The notes: generated by a model not told the origin, from the sequence alone. A DNA stretch of 63,729 nucleotides, filler included, from Octopus bimaculoides (GCF_001194135.2; 9 parts of 9 records of this genome joined end to end with filler, not necessarily neighbours in it), one strand, 5' to 3'; shown: positions 40,210-54,605, numbered from the whole stretch's first letter. Made by a program: numbers and translations.

Positions 40210-41350
40210 AAGCAGTGAAAGTGTACATATCATAGTTTAATATTAAATTTCACTCCTCTAAAATGGATGAACTGAAAGTACATATTGGACATGTGATGTT
40301 GTGGGAGTTTAAGAACGGAAAAAAACACTACAGAAACAACTATGAAAATATGCAGTGTTTATGGCCAAGGTGTCATTACTGACTGGCAAGTGTGAAATTG
40401 GCTTTCAAAGTTTCTTTCCAGAGATTTGTCATTGAGAGATCAACTCAAACTAGGACACTCACCAAACTTCGATAAAGATGCTTTAAGAGAATTAGTGGAA
40501 TCCAATCTACGTAAAAGTACTCAGGAATTAGCGATTGAACTCAATACATTCCAATCCACTATCTGCTGCCACTTGGAAAAGATAGGAAAAATCCACAAGC
40601 TAAGTGTTTGGGTTCCCTATACTTTTGGTGAGAAGAACAGGGGATATCACATGTCCATAGTAATAAGTCTTCTTTCAAGGTAGAGAAATGACCCATTTCT
40701 GAATAATATCATTACAGGTGGTGAAAAACATGAGTCTTTGTTCAATGCAAAAGGCAGTAGAGTGACAAGGATAAATCTCCATAATCTACCTCAAAGGCTG
40801 AGCTCCATGAAAGGAAGGTTATGTTGTGTGTATGGTGGGATTATTATTCATTTTGAGCTTTTAAACTGCTATCAAACACTAAATGCCAACTTATACTCTC
40901 AATAGCTGCAACATGTGCATGGAAATTTTTTAAGAAAACTTCATGCACTCATCAATAGGAAACACTTTGTGCTTCTCCATGATAAATTAAGACCACATTC
41001 AGTAAGAATCATGCAGGGAAAAATATTGGATGTGGGTTGGTCTGTTCTATGCCTTCCACCATATTTATCAGACCTTGCACCAACTGATTTCCACCTTTTA
41101 TGCTCTCTACAAGATACACTGATGGGGAAAAAAATTTTTCTCATCAAGATCAGGTGTAAATGTATATGGAAAGCCTCTTCATTTTGATGCCAGCTGATTT
41201 TTTTTTTTTTTTTGGAGAGGAATCAAAAAATCTACCTGATAAATGGCAAGAAGTCCTTCAAAATAATGGCAACTGTACAGATAATTGAAAATAACTTTTT
41301 TGTAAAAATTTTTTCATAAATAAAGGTGTTCAACAAAATAGGAAATTATT
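40210..41350 (+). mobile_element. Degenerate near full-length mariner
   Basis: HVMLWEFK, LVESNLRKSTQELA, SVWVPY, IITGGEK, LLHDKLRPH and DLAPTDFHL motifs, with stops and frameshifts. Confidence 0.85.
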
Positions 41351-44300
41351 TATGATTCAATATGTGTGTGTGTGTGTGGTCTGCTAACCAGGTCTACTGG
41401 AGGAGCTTTCCATGATAGCCACATGATTTTATGAATCAATATCCTACACTACAAATATCTGTTTATACATATATATATAAAGGATCAAAGATCCTTTCCA
41501 AGCCGTAAACTCATAAGGCTGGTTTCCCTGATTCTGTGGTGTATATATTTTTTTCTCTGAATGGGACACTGGTTTATTGCAGAATTACTCATTTTTACCA
41601 GCTGAGTGGACCGGCGCAACAGAAAATGAAATGTTTTGCTCAAGAACACATCAGCTGGGCCAGGAATCGAAATCACAATTTCACAATCATGAGTGCAACA
41701 CCCTAACCACTAAGCCATGCACCTTCATATACATATATGCAGGATGTGATGGATAAATTGTCTACCAAATCCACTCACAAGGCTTTGGTCAGCCCAAGGT
41801 TTCAATAGAAGACACTTGCCCAAGGTGTCCCACAGTGGGACTGAACCAGTAACGATATGGTTGGTAAGCAAACTTTTTACCCACATCCGTACCTGCACCT
41901 ATTTATATGTGTGTGTGTATATGTACTCTGTTGTGTCTTGGGAGAATCATTCTCTTTTGGTGCCTTATAATTTAACACGTTCACAGGTAAAATTTCCACT
42001 TATTCCTTATTTTTATTTTCCTAAAATTTTCGTTGCCTCTTGCAACATTTTCAATACATACATAAACGTATGTATGTATGCTAAAAGAATAAAAGTATGT
42101 ATGTATGTATGTATGTATGTATACACATATAATCGCACACACAAAATGTTCACAGTGAGATTGAACCGATGTATTTGTTAAACCTCACAGTTGACACCAG
42201 ATTATTACTCATGTCTTCAGATCCTATTGTTTACTAAACTCACTAAGTACTTTGGTAAAGAATCATGAACTATGAACAAATGGTTAATGAGTAGCTATTT
42301 GTGCCTCATCTCGACTTCCATATTAAATTAGTCACTCACTCTGGCTTTTCACTCCCTACTTCACTGCACATAAAAACCTCTCTTTTATGATGCATTTACC
42401 ATTTCCCATTTATTATCACAACCATATCAAAAGGTAGACAATATATACATTTAATAGGTCACTCAAAATAATAAGTACACTTCTCAACTAATTATTTCTC
42501 TCGTATTTTATTTCCTTCAGATGAAAGAGCAATGTTTTACGAATATCGTATTAGTAACACAGCATTCCAATTTAATTCCAAACAGCAAAAAGATAATGAT
42601 TTGCAATTATCCATTTTACAAGAGTCTTTCCTTTTTAACTTACATTATCTAAGCTAATTAAGTTTAGTTTTTCGACTGTTAGTCGTTTCTTTATTTCAAA
42701 TACATATAGATATCTATGGGTGTCTGTATATGTTTAATTGTATGTCATTAAGTGCAACCGAGTGCATTCACATATGTAGCTGAATGTGATTACACGTGAC
42801 ATAGAATTGATGCATGAACAATCATCTGCAAAATAACAATGTCTCAAACAAAATATACTTTAGCTGAAAACACACACAGACACACAGGCGCACACATACA
42901 CACTCACACAGACACACAGACACACACACACATGCATACATACACAAATACATATACATGTGTGTCTATATGTATGTGGATATATATATTTAAATTTATT
43001 TTGATTCTCACAGAAGGTATAAATTACAGAACACAAAGCAAATGTAAGTCTTTAATATGTTATAGCTAAAACTTATAATGTATATATCATCATCATCGTC
43101 GTCATCGTCGTCGTTTTACGTCCGCTTTCCATGCTGGCATGGGTTGGACGGTTTGACTGAGGACAGGCACGCCAGAAGGCTACACCAGGCTCCAATCTGA
43201 TCTGGCAAATTTTCTACAGTTGGATGCCCTTCTTATTGCCAACCAGTCTGAGAGTGCAGTAGGTGCTTTTACGTGCCACTGGCATGAGGGCCAGTCAGGC
43301 GGTACTGACAACGATCATGCTCAAAAGATGTTTTTTACGTGCTACCTGCACGGGAACCAATCCAGTGGCACTGGCAATGACCTCGCTCAAATATATATAT
43401 ATATATCGTGTGTGTGTGTGTGTGTGTGTGCGTGTCTGTGTGTCTGTGTGTGTGTGTGTGTGCTTGTGTGTGTGTGTGTGTCTGTGTGGGTGTCTGTGTG
43501 TGTGTTTGTGTGTGTAAATGTATGTATGTATGTGTGAATGTATGTATGCGTGTATACATGTATGAGTGTGTATATGTATCAATGTGTTTGCAGGTATGTA
43601 TGTATGTATGCATGAATGTATGTATGTACGAGTGTATGTATGTATGTATGTATGTATGTAAGTATGTATATATGTATGTATGTATTAGTGCATGTATGCA
43701 TGAATGTATGTATGTATGTATGTATATATGTATGTATGTGTGTATGTATGTATGTATGTGTATGTGTACGTATGCATGTATGTGTGAATGTATGTATGTG
43801 TGTACAAAACACACACACAACGCACACACACACACACACACATATGCTCACACTCACAATACAACACTACACACATGCACATGCCCTCACAGCACACAAA
43901 ACACACACACACATGCACACACACGCACACATACACACACACACGCACACATACACACACACACGCACAGACACATGCACACATGTGCATGTCTATCACT
44001 ATACCGTCATGCATTTGAATGTCTACCATTATGGCAGCTGTTCCTTTCTTTATTTTGACAAAAAATACAGTGTGTTGATTACGTATATTCATAATTTTTG
44101 TAAATGACAGGAAACCAAATGAAAAAGTTATATATCTTTTATCGTTTACTTACTTCAGTCATGCTGGAGCACCACCTTCAAGGATTTTTTCTTCATTGAA
44201 TAAATCTGTGTTTTGTATGTATTTAAGTATGTATGCATGTATGTACGCATGTATGTATGTATGTATGTATGTATGTATGTATGTATGTGTGTGTGTGTGT

Positions 44301-44814
44301 GTGTATGTCCATGTACGTACATATGTGTGTATGTAAATATATATGTGTGTGTATATGCATATGCATATGTGTGTTTTTGTGTGTGTTTGTGTGTGTGTAG
44401 CATGTTTCTAATCAGTAAACAAAGATATGTTGTGAAGAGTTAGAGATGAAAAATTATTAACAAGAGCACTCAGAGAGTGAAAACCCATATACATCATCAT
44501 CATCATCATCATGAAGGCTGCACCAGACTCCAGTCTGATTTGGTGTGGTTTCCTGCAGCTGGATGCTCTCCTTAATGCCAATCACTCTGAGAGTGTAATG
44601 GGTGCTTTTACATGACAGCGGCACGGGTTCCATTTGTGTGATGCCAGTATCTGCCACAACTGCGATTTTGCTCAACTTGATGGGTCTTCTTCTCAAGCAC
44701 AACATAATGCCACAGGTCTTGATCATTGCCTCTTTGAGGCCCAATGATCAAAGGGAACTCAGCCTCTTTGCCTCTGTGAAGCCGAATGCTTGAAAAGAAC
44801 TCAGCCACACACAT

Positions 44815-44872
<58 letters not shown>

Positions 44873-44999
44873 CAATATATTATAAATTAACTACCAACAA
44901 AAGTAATTGGTAAGCTAACTCAAAAAATCATCACCAAAATAGCAGAAAAAAACGACAGTGAAGGTATGCAGACTCTTCAAGAATCGATCCTTTTGGTTA

Positions 45000-45367
45000 T
45001 ATTAATAATAATAAAGGAGTTACGATGCAAAAACGTATATATTCAAATGAACATATTTATCTTCTTCAATATATATTTCAGTATAAAGAATTCATTAAGA
45101 GACTTAATAAATCAAAATTTCTTTACACATCTTCAGGAATAAATATAACATCAGAAAAACTACATTCAGTTTAAAAATACAAACCGTTCATGGCGAAAAA
45201 ATTTCTCAATTTCTGATGTTATATTTATTCCTGAAGATGTGTAAAGAAATTTTGATTTATTAAGTCTCTTAATGAATTCTTTATACTGAAATATATATTG
45301 AAGAAGATAAATATGTTCATTTGAATATATACGTTTTTGCATCATAACTCCTTTATTATTATTAATA
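45000..45367. repeat. 158-bp near-perfect inverted repeat with a 52-nt spacer
   Basis: 45000-45157 versus 45210-45367; one mismatch found by eye. Confidence 0.9.
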
Positions 45368-45399
45368 AATATATATATATATGGTAGTGAGTTATGGGC

Positions 45400-45750
45400 T
45401 CTGAATGCAGAGGACACTTAAAGGCTTGAGAGGAATGAGGCTAGTATGCTCCACTGGATATGCAATGTAAGTGTACATGTGTGACAGAAAGGTAATGCTG
45501 AGAGGAAAGCTAAGCCTAAGAGGCGTTAGATGCAGTGTGCAAGAGAGAAGACTGCACTGGTTTGGTCATGTGATGTGGATGGATGTTGAAAGCTCCATAA
45601 AGAAGTCCCAGTCACTCAGAGTGGATGGAATTCATGGAAGTGGGGGATCCAGTACAGCATGGGATGAAGTGCTGAAGGCCAATCTCTGGACTTTACAGAG
45701 GAGATGACAAAGGACCAAGATATCTGGTGCCTTGTTGTACTCAAGAACTC
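45400..45750 (+). mobile_element. RTE-clade LINE 3' fragment
   Basis: LRGKLSLRGVRCSVQERRLHWFGHVMWM. Confidence 0.8.
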
Positions 45751-46823
45751 TGAAAATTTATTTTAATTTCTCTCTACAAAGCAATTATGGATGTACTTTC
45801 TCCCTAATGATATTAAACCTAAAATTATGATATTTATGACTTATCTCTATCAATAATTATTTGATCTAAGTACACATAATAAATGTCTTTGTTTTTATCT
45901 TATAAAATTCTAAAGACAACTTCCCAATGTATTTTCTCTGATAATATTCATAAAAAGCAACAGTGACTTCAAACTCAAACAGATAATAATTAATTAATTA
46001 ATTCTTATTCTAATTTATGTTTTTTAGTGCAACTTTTAATGATTTACAAAGAAATTACTTCAAGTTTATTTCTATCGATTTCTGTTTATCTCTCCTTAAT
46101 CTTGCATTTTATCAATGGCTGCCATGAAACATCCAGTATACTGTTGTTGTTTAGCCTCATTTAAGTCCTGATCAATCAGATTTATGATGAAAGGCAGTGA
46201 TGGCTATCCCATTTATTTCAGGGGTGGAATATATAAGGTTACATTATCTTATGTCTTTTACTTGTTTAAAACTGTAGGGTATGATAAGAGGGAGATTTGG
46301 TTTCTATTTCTAGAAGATTAAGCAGCCATGTAAAAGCTCCCTCAGAGGCTTATAACTTCATATTTACAGAAAACATCATCAAACAATTCTTCCATTCATT
46401 TTATTTTATTATATTTATTCATTTTCATTTATTTATTTATATTTATTGTAATTAACACATTAAAGATGGTGGAAGCAGTATAGAAGATAGAAAACAGATT
46501 AGAGGATAAGAAAATGAATAAATTCATACATTTGTTTGAAAAGAGGTTCAGTATCGCCTTTCATTTCCCTAAGTCTCTCAACAATTCGTCTAATTAATTT
46601 TTTAATCTTTACTTTTCTCTCTAATCTCATTAATCTTCTTTTTTTGTTCATTTTTACAATTTCAACTTCATTTATTGATCTATCTATTTACTTATTTTGT
46701 ATTTCCTATCATTTTATATATATATGTATATATATGCGTGTGTGTGTGTGTATGTATGTATGTATATGTATATACATATATGTTTATATATGCATATATA
46801 TGCATATATATGTATGTATCTGC

Positions 46824-46903
<80 letters not shown>

Positions 46904-47033
46904 TTCTAAAAATAACATTTTCCTTTCTGTAACAAAATTGCTTTCATGGATAATTCTGAATTTCATCCAAAAATTATTCTTTATTATTTCTTAACATCTG
47001 AAATCACATGTGTGCACAAACGCACACATGCAT

Positions 47034-47064
<31 letters not shown>

Positions 47065-47409
47065 CACACACACACATGCACATCCACACAAGTACAGTCA
47101 TACTCAAACACACAATGTGTACATGTGTACACATACATATATATACACCCCCCCCCCACACACACACACATACACATACACATGTATACATCGCTTTAAA
47201 TGTTTCCAGAAATTTTGCTTCTACATTATTTACAATGAATATTTTCTGTGATTCTAAACAATTGATTGTATCAGAATTTTCAGAATGATTTCTTCAGTTC
47301 ACTTGGGTTTTTTGGATGCAATCCGATTCTTATAACAAGAGGAAGCTTGTATCCTTTCAAGGATACTAATCTCTTATCATCAGCTAACACCTAAAACTTT
47401 ATGATCATA

Positions 47410-47699
47410 GGCACAGGAGTGGCTATGTGGTAAGTAGCTTGCTTACCGACCACATGGTTCTGGGTTCATTCCCACTGTGTGGCACCTTGAGCAAGTGTCT
47501 TCTATTATAGCCTTGTGCTGGCCAAAGCCTTGTGAGTGGATTTGGTTGACAGAAACTGAAAGAAGCTCGTTGTATATATGTATATATGTATATGTATATA
47601 TATGTATATATATATATTCCCGAGCGTCAAACTAATACATCCTTTTGTTGTTCACACCACCTGTCCTCGTCTGTTGTTGTTTTTTTTCGTACATTCTCC

Positions 47700-47732
<33 letters not shown>

Positions 47733-48640
47733 ATATGTTTGAGTGTCGGTGTTTGTCCCCCCGCCAACATCACTTGACAACTGATGCTGGTGTGTTTACG
47801 TCCCCGTAACTTAGTGCTTCAGCAAAAGAAACCAATATAATAAGTACTAGGCTTACAAAGAATAATTCCTGGGGTGGTGCTCCAGCATGGCCACAGTCAA
47901 ATGACTGAAACATCAAGTGTTCGCATCCCCCATAACTTAGTGGTTTGGCAAAAGAGACCCATAGAATAGGTACCAGGCTTTAAAAAACTAAAACCTGGGG
48001 TCAATTCATTCAACTAAAAATTCTTCAAGGTGGTACCCTACATCTGAAGCAGGTAAAAAAAAATAAAAGATATGTATGTATACATACACACACATACACA
48101 CACAAACACTCATATGTCTATGCCTGCACACACATGCACAGACATGTTAATGGCTGGCACAGCTAAGACTCAGAAATCACAGTTTAATGACAGAATGAAA
48201 GAAAAAAAGAAATGAATAATTTGTTTTTACTCACCACAATTTAGCAGCAGTTAAAAAAAGACTGGAAAAAAAATTAAAAGACTTTTATTGGCTAGAACGT
48301 GATGCAAATAAATTGAAATCTCTTTGTTTCTGAAACATAGTAATGCTTATCAAAATAACATCTACTTTCTAAAACTGGTACAAGGTCACATCTTAACTGC
48401 CTTTCAATTGAATCAACTTTAGTATATACTCTTTACTTGTTTCATTCATTTGACTGTGGCCATGCTGGAGCACCACCTTCAGTCGAGCAAATCGACCCCA
48501 GGACTTATTCTTTGGATGCCTAGTACTTATTCTATCGGTCTCTTTTGCCGAACTGCTAAGTTACGGGGACCTAAACACCCCACCATCGGTTGTCAAGCGA
48601 TGTTGGGGGGACAAACACAGACACACAAACATATACACAC

Positions 48641-48685
<45 letters not shown>

Positions 48686-49680
48686 TACGACAGGCTTCTT
48701 TCAGTTTCCGTCTACAAAATCCACTCACAAGGCTTTGGTCGGCCTGAGGCTATAGTAGAAGACACTTACCCAAGGTGCCACGCAGTGGGACTGAACCCCG
48801 AACCATGTGGTTGGCAAGCAAGCTACTTACCACACAGCCACTCCTGCACCTATAATGTATATGATACGAAACACCCTCAGCCATTTGACCCAGCTTTTTC
48901 TCAAAAGAATTCAGTCAATCAAATAACCAGTGATTTACAAACTGGCAAATACTAGGTCCGCACACAATTCCTCCACCCAAAATATAAGCAAAAGTTTTTG
49001 TGCTTTTCACTATTCTTTATAAATGAAAATAAAAAAGAAAAAATAATAATGAAGTTTGTATCCATATAATTCTTTTTTTTTTTGCTATGGTATTGGAGAA
49101 ATTTAAGAACTAAAAATTCTTTAAAACCATCTTAATTTTATTAAGCACAGGTATGACTGTATAGTAAGAAGCTTGTTCTCTACCACATGGTTCTGAGTTC
49201 ACTCCCACTGCCTGGCACCTTGGACAAGCATCTTCTGATATAGCCTCGACTAACACAAAGCTTCGTGAGTAGATTTGGTAGATGGACACAGAACGAAGCC
49301 TGTAGCAGATGTGTGTGTGTGTGTGCGTCTTTGTATCTCTGTTTGTCTCCCACAACTGTTTGACAACCAGTGTCGGTGTGTTTCCATTCTGTAACTTAGC
49401 AATTCGGCAAAAGGCTCCAATAGAATAAGTACCAGGCTTCTAGAAAAGACAATATACAGTGGTGTCAATTCATTCGACCAAAGTCATTTGACTGCGGCCA
49501 TGCTGGAGCACCGCCTTTAGTCGAGCAAATCAACCCCAGGACTTATTCTTTGGAAGCCTAGTACTTATTCTATCGGTCTCTTTTGCCGAACCACTAAGTT
49601 ATGGGGACGTAAACACACCAGCATTGGTTGTCAAGCTATGTTGGAGGGACAAACACAAACATATACACAAACATACATAC

Positions 49681-49741
<61 letters not shown>

Positions 49742-50050
49742 TACGACGGGCTTCTTTTAGTTTCCGTCTACCAAATCCACTCACAAGGCTTTGGTCAGCC
49801 CAAGGCTATAGTAGAAGACACTTGCCCAAGGTGCCACACAGTGGGAATGAACCCAGAACCATGTGGTTGGTAAGCAAGCTACTTACCACACAGCCACTCC
49901 TGCAATATATATATATATATATATAAAAGAAGTTTGCTTCCCAACCACATGGTTCTAGGTTCAGTCCTACTGTGTGACATCTTGAACAAGTATTTTCTAC
50001 TTTAGCCTCAGATCAAGCAAAGCCTTATGAGTGGATTTGGTAGATAAATA
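47410..50050. mobile_element. Dense cluster of family A SINEs in alternating orientation
   Basis: Copies at about 47410-47910 (+), 48430-48850 (-), 49150-49460 (+), 49480-49900 (-) and 49930-50050 (+). Confidence 0.85.
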
Positions 50051-51000
50051 TACAGGGGTTGGACAAAATAATGGAAACACCTTAAAATTTCAATCAAATT
50101 ATTTTTAATATGGGGTAGGACCACCTATGACAGAAATTATGGCTTGAATTCTATTAGTTATGGACTTGTACAAAGTTTGAATTGTTTCCATAGGAATTTT
50201 TGTCCATTCTTCAGCTAAAACAGTCTCCAGTTCTTGTAGTGATGATGGTGGAGGATATCGACTCCTTATTTGTTTTTCTAAAATGCACCATAAATGTTCA
50301 ATAATATTGAGATCTGGGGGCTATGGTGGTCAGATAAGATGTTCAACTTCACTAGAATGTTCCTCATGCCATTCAGTAACAACTTTAGCTGTGTGACCTA
50401 GGGCATTATCATCCTGAAAGATTGCGTTTCCCTCTGGAAACAGTTCTGCAACCATAGGGTGAATTTGATCTGATAAAATGCTTAAATAGTCTTGACAATT
50501 AATTCTGCCATGAAGGGAAGCCTTTGGGCCAGCGGATTTCCAAGATATAGCCCTCCCCCCTCCCAGATCATCACAGATCCTCCTCCATGTTTAACAGTTG
50601 GAAGAAGGCAGTCTGGATCAAATGCTTCTTTTGGCTATCTCCACATGTATACTCGGCCGGTGGTCGGAAATATGGTAAAGGATGACTCGTCTGAGAAAAT
50701 AACATTCTTCCACTGCTCTAGGGACCAATTCTGTAAGTTTTTACTCCACTCTAAATGCTTTGCAACATTTGTTTTTGAAAGTAGTGGTTTTCTGATTGCA
50801 GTGCTCCTGTGAAATCCGGCTTTGTGCAGCTCCTGGTGAACAGTTTTTGTGGAAACTGTGTTCTTGAGGTGGTCATTAAGCTCTGCAATAATTTCAAAAG
50901 TTTACATCGTTCTCGATACAATCAAAGAGATCTTGTGCAACTGAAACCCAAGTGTCATTTTGGCCAGTTGAAAGCAGTTTTGGTGCAAACTTGGCAGACA
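50051..51000 (-). mobile_element. Tc1-like transposon remnant with one TIR
   Basis: TA-CAGGGGTTGGACAAAATAATGGAAACACC terminus; degenerate transposase on the minus strand (FSDESSF, QDDNALGH-like motifs). Confidence 0.8.
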
Positions 51001-51490
51001 CGTGTCTCATACCCAAATCTTCAGTGATAATGGATTGAACTGACCTGTAACTAATCTGCACATTCTCTGATAACTCAGAGATGATGATTCAATGATTTCT
51101 CCTCACAACTACATGCACATTTGCAATGTTTTTCTCACTTCTGCAGGTTGTGGGTATCGCAGAATGTTCGTCAATATCAACATTTTTTTGACCATCTTGG
51201 AAAAGTAGTGTGCAGCTCACACACTCCTCTCCATACACTTTCTGCAACTTTGGGTAAGCTTCTGAGCAGGTATCACCATGACAACTTTCTCTGTCATGGT
51301 CAATGTGATGATCACACACTACACACCTTCCTTCCAAGCACTGCTGTAAACAGTAGAAGTAAGTTACAACGTTAAAACTTAGTGCACCTGCACAGCAAAT
51401 TTCAAGGTCAATCTGTCCCAAGCAGCTTCACTCTGTGTGCCTTAGTTTCGTTACTATGGCAACAGTCCGGATACTTATTGATCATACTTA
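51000..51490 (-). mobile_element. Mariner 5' half remnant
   Basis: EAYPKLQKVYGEECVS...SVQSIITEDLGMRHVSA, plus a TIR-like gatcaataagtatccgga end. Confidence 0.7.
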
Positions 51491-51499
51491 GTATATATA

Positions 51500-51547
<48 letters not shown>

Positions 51548-51594
51548 TACATAGATATAGATATATGTATGCATGTGTGTGTGTATATATATAT

Positions 51595-51827
51595 ATCATC
51601 ATCATCATCATCATCGTTTAACGTCCGCTTTCCATGCTAGCATGGGTTGGACGATTTGACTGAGGACTGGTGAAACCGGATGGCAACACCAGGCTCCAGT
51701 CTGATTTGGCAGAGTTTCTACAGCTGGATGCCCTTCCTAACGCCAACCACTCAGAGAGTGTAGTGGGTGCTTTTACGTGTCACCCGCACGAAAACGGCCA
51801 CGCTCGAAATGGTGTCTTTTATGTGCC
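51595..51827 (-). mobile_element. SINE or LINE-tail repeat (family D) with an (ATG)n tail
   Basis: cgtttaacgtccgctttccatgctagcatgggttggac...; related copies near 21250-21620, 27130-27360, 34200-34345, 43090-43390 and 44490-44810. Confidence 0.8.
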
Positions 51828-52143
51828 NNNNNNNNNNNNNNNNNNNNNNNNNNNNNNNNNNNNNNNNNNNNTTAATTAATTAANNNNNNNNNNNNNNNNN
51901 NNNNNNNNNNNNNNNNNNNNNNNNNNNCAAACACACAAACATATACACACACTTACATATATATATATACATATATACGACGGGCTTCTTTCACTTTCCG
52001 TCTATCAAATCCATTCACAAGGCTTTGGTGGGCCCGAGGCTATAGTAGAAGATACTTGCCCAAGGTGCCACGCAGTGGGACTGAACCCGGAAACATGTGG
52101 TTGGTAAGCCAGCTGCTTACCACACAACCACTCCTGCGCCTAT

Positions 52144-52206
<63 letters not shown>

Positions 52207-52517
52207 TAGAGAGAGAGAGAGAGATACAGACAGACGGACAGACAGACAGACAGACAGATATATACATACATACATACATACATACATACATAGGTTTAGT
52301 TTTGGATTTAAAATATTTTACAACAGATGGCGCATTGGATCCCTTCAATAAAGTCATCTTGATGTCTTCATAATTTTTCAAAATTAATTAAACTAACCAC
52401 AGTCTTGAAATTACATCTGAATATCTGAACTATGCATTTTCCGATCGTGTATATACGCATGTATGTATGCATGCATGCATGCATGAAATCATGTACAAAT
52501 GTATGTATGTACACATA

Positions 52518-52900
52518 TTGTTGTTGGCAATCCGTCGCTTACAACGTCGAAGGTTCCAGGTGATCCGATCAACGGAACAGCCTGCTTGTGAAATTAACGT
52601 GCAAGTGGCTGAGCACTCCACAGACACGTGTACCCTTAACGTAGTTCTCGGGGATATTCAGCGTGACACATTGTGACAAGGCTGACCCTTTGAATTACAG
52701 GCACAACAGAAATAGGAAGTAAGAGTGAGAGAAGGTTGTGGTGAAAGAGTACAGCAGGGTTCACCACCATCCCCTGCCGGAACCTTGTGGAGCTTTAGGT
52801 GTTTTCGCTCAATAAAAACTCACAACACCCGGTCTGGGTATCGAAACCGCGATCCTATGACCGCATCCGCTGCCCTAACCACTGGGCTATTGCGCCTCCA
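52518..52900 (-). mobile_element. tRNA-derived SINE (family E)
   Basis: Homologous to 30214-30592, with a more complete head. Confidence 0.85.
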
Positions 52901-53689
52901 CTGTAAACATATATATGCATGAATATACGTGTACACATTAATACATATACCTTGATTTCTATGGGCCCAGCTATAGGAATGCTAACGTTTCTGCCAGCTC
53001 AGCGCCTTTGAGAAGTTTCTGCCATCCTATCTATGATACCACGTAAGGTTCGATGGGTCTACCTTCCAAGATCGTTTTTTTTCCTTTAGACTGCTGCCTA
53101 AAGGACAAAACATAAGTTTTAAAAAAGCTGTAATGATAAATAATTAAAAATAATGTGGATAAATTTCAAAACTCCGTGATATCCTGTAATATTAGATTTA
53201 TGTGACACAAAATTTACTTAACCCAAGTTGTTGTAAATAGCTTCGTAGACTAAGCCTAGAAGAATTCGCATATAAATTTACATATAAAATTAATTATTAA
53301 TCTGCACGGCAGAACTATGTCATGAACTCGTTCAAATTTGTCAGCAGGGTTTGTAGGACGTCCGGTTCCTTTTTTGGTGCGTGACATTTGTCTGAATATT
53401 TTGCACTTTTCTGCCATAAAATTTTACTCCCTGTGTAATACTAAAAACCCATAAGTTTACACCAAATGGATTGCTAAGCATTGCTCTTCTTTGGCGCAGT
53501 CAAAACGCAAACAGCCACATTTAGCGAAATGGTATCAAGGGCTTCATTAAGATTCAAGTTCAAACCTGCTTAGTAGCGGCAACAGATTCCTCACAAACTT
53601 TCCCAGACTAAAAACGCGCAGGGAGTGAATGTGTGCTCTTCTTTCTTCTCACGTCTCACTAATGAACCATTTTTTTGACCGTATAGTGA

Positions 53690-54285
53690 GAAATGGGTTC
53701 TCTATAAAAATGTCAAGCGCCGAAGACAGAGAGTAGGGAAATGAGAAACACTGGTACGCCAAGCTAAAGAAGGCCTTCATCCACGTAAGTTGTTGCTATC
53801 TGTTCGGTGGGATATGAAATGTTTAGTCCACTTTGAAGTTTTAAACCCAAACCAAACGATAACAAAGGAGATTTACTGCGAGTAGCTTGAGCGGCTTAAG
53901 TCAGCGTTAGAAGAGAAACGACCATCATTGGTTTCAAGATGAAAGGTGTTCTTCCATCAGGATAATGCGCGGCCACATGCAGCGAGGAGGAAATTCGAAA
54001 GGCTGGAGCAGTTTGAATTGGAAACGATGCCTCACCCACCATACTTGCCGGACATTGCTGGAAAAAATATGAGTTCTGTAGACGAGATCAGAACAGAACT
54101 GAGGAGTATTTTTCGTCACGGAGAAATAAATTTTGGAAGAAGGACCTTGCAAGTCTACCAGATAGATGGAAGAGTATTGCAGAAAATGAAAGAGAGTATA
54201 TTTTAGATTTCAAAAGAATCTGTTTATCTTAATTTTGAAAAATAAAGAAATATTATAATACCACATTATTTATGGGTTGACTCAA
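53690..54285 (+). mobile_element. Degenerate mariner 3' half
   Basis: GLHPRKLLLSVRWDMK, FHQDNARPH, HPPYLPDIA. Confidence 0.85.
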
Positions 54286-54605
54286 CGCACACACACACAA
54301 ACAAACACACANNNNNNNNNNNNNNNNNNNNNNNNNNNNNNNNNNNNNNNNNNNNTTAATTAATTAANNNNNNNNNNNNNNNNNNNNNNNNNNNNNNNNN
54401 NNNNNNNNNNNTCGACCTCGGCGAAATTTGAACTCAGAACGTAACGGCAGACGAAATACCTTAAAGCATTTCGCCCGGCGTGCTAACGCTTCTGCCAGCT
54501 CGCCGTCTTATTCACACAAAATATTGGCAACAAACAACCACCATGCATTCTGCACAGTTCTTCATTCATATGGATTAAACTTAGGAAGGAAAAAAATACA
54601 CAAAC

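Noticed and set aside
45228-45255. CTGAAGA...GAAA hammerhead within the 158-bp inverted repeat
   Set aside because: The intervening sequence cannot form stem II.
47280-47390. Minus-strand terminal exon VLADDKRLVSLKGYKLPLVIRIGLHPKNPSELKKSF*
   Set aside because: Weak acceptor next to a SINE, phase-incompatible with the 48235 micro-exon, and no recognisable homology.
52820-52900. tRNA gene (tRNA-like head on the minus strand)
   Set aside because: It continues into a multi-copy SINE body, with no proper acceptor stem or terminator.
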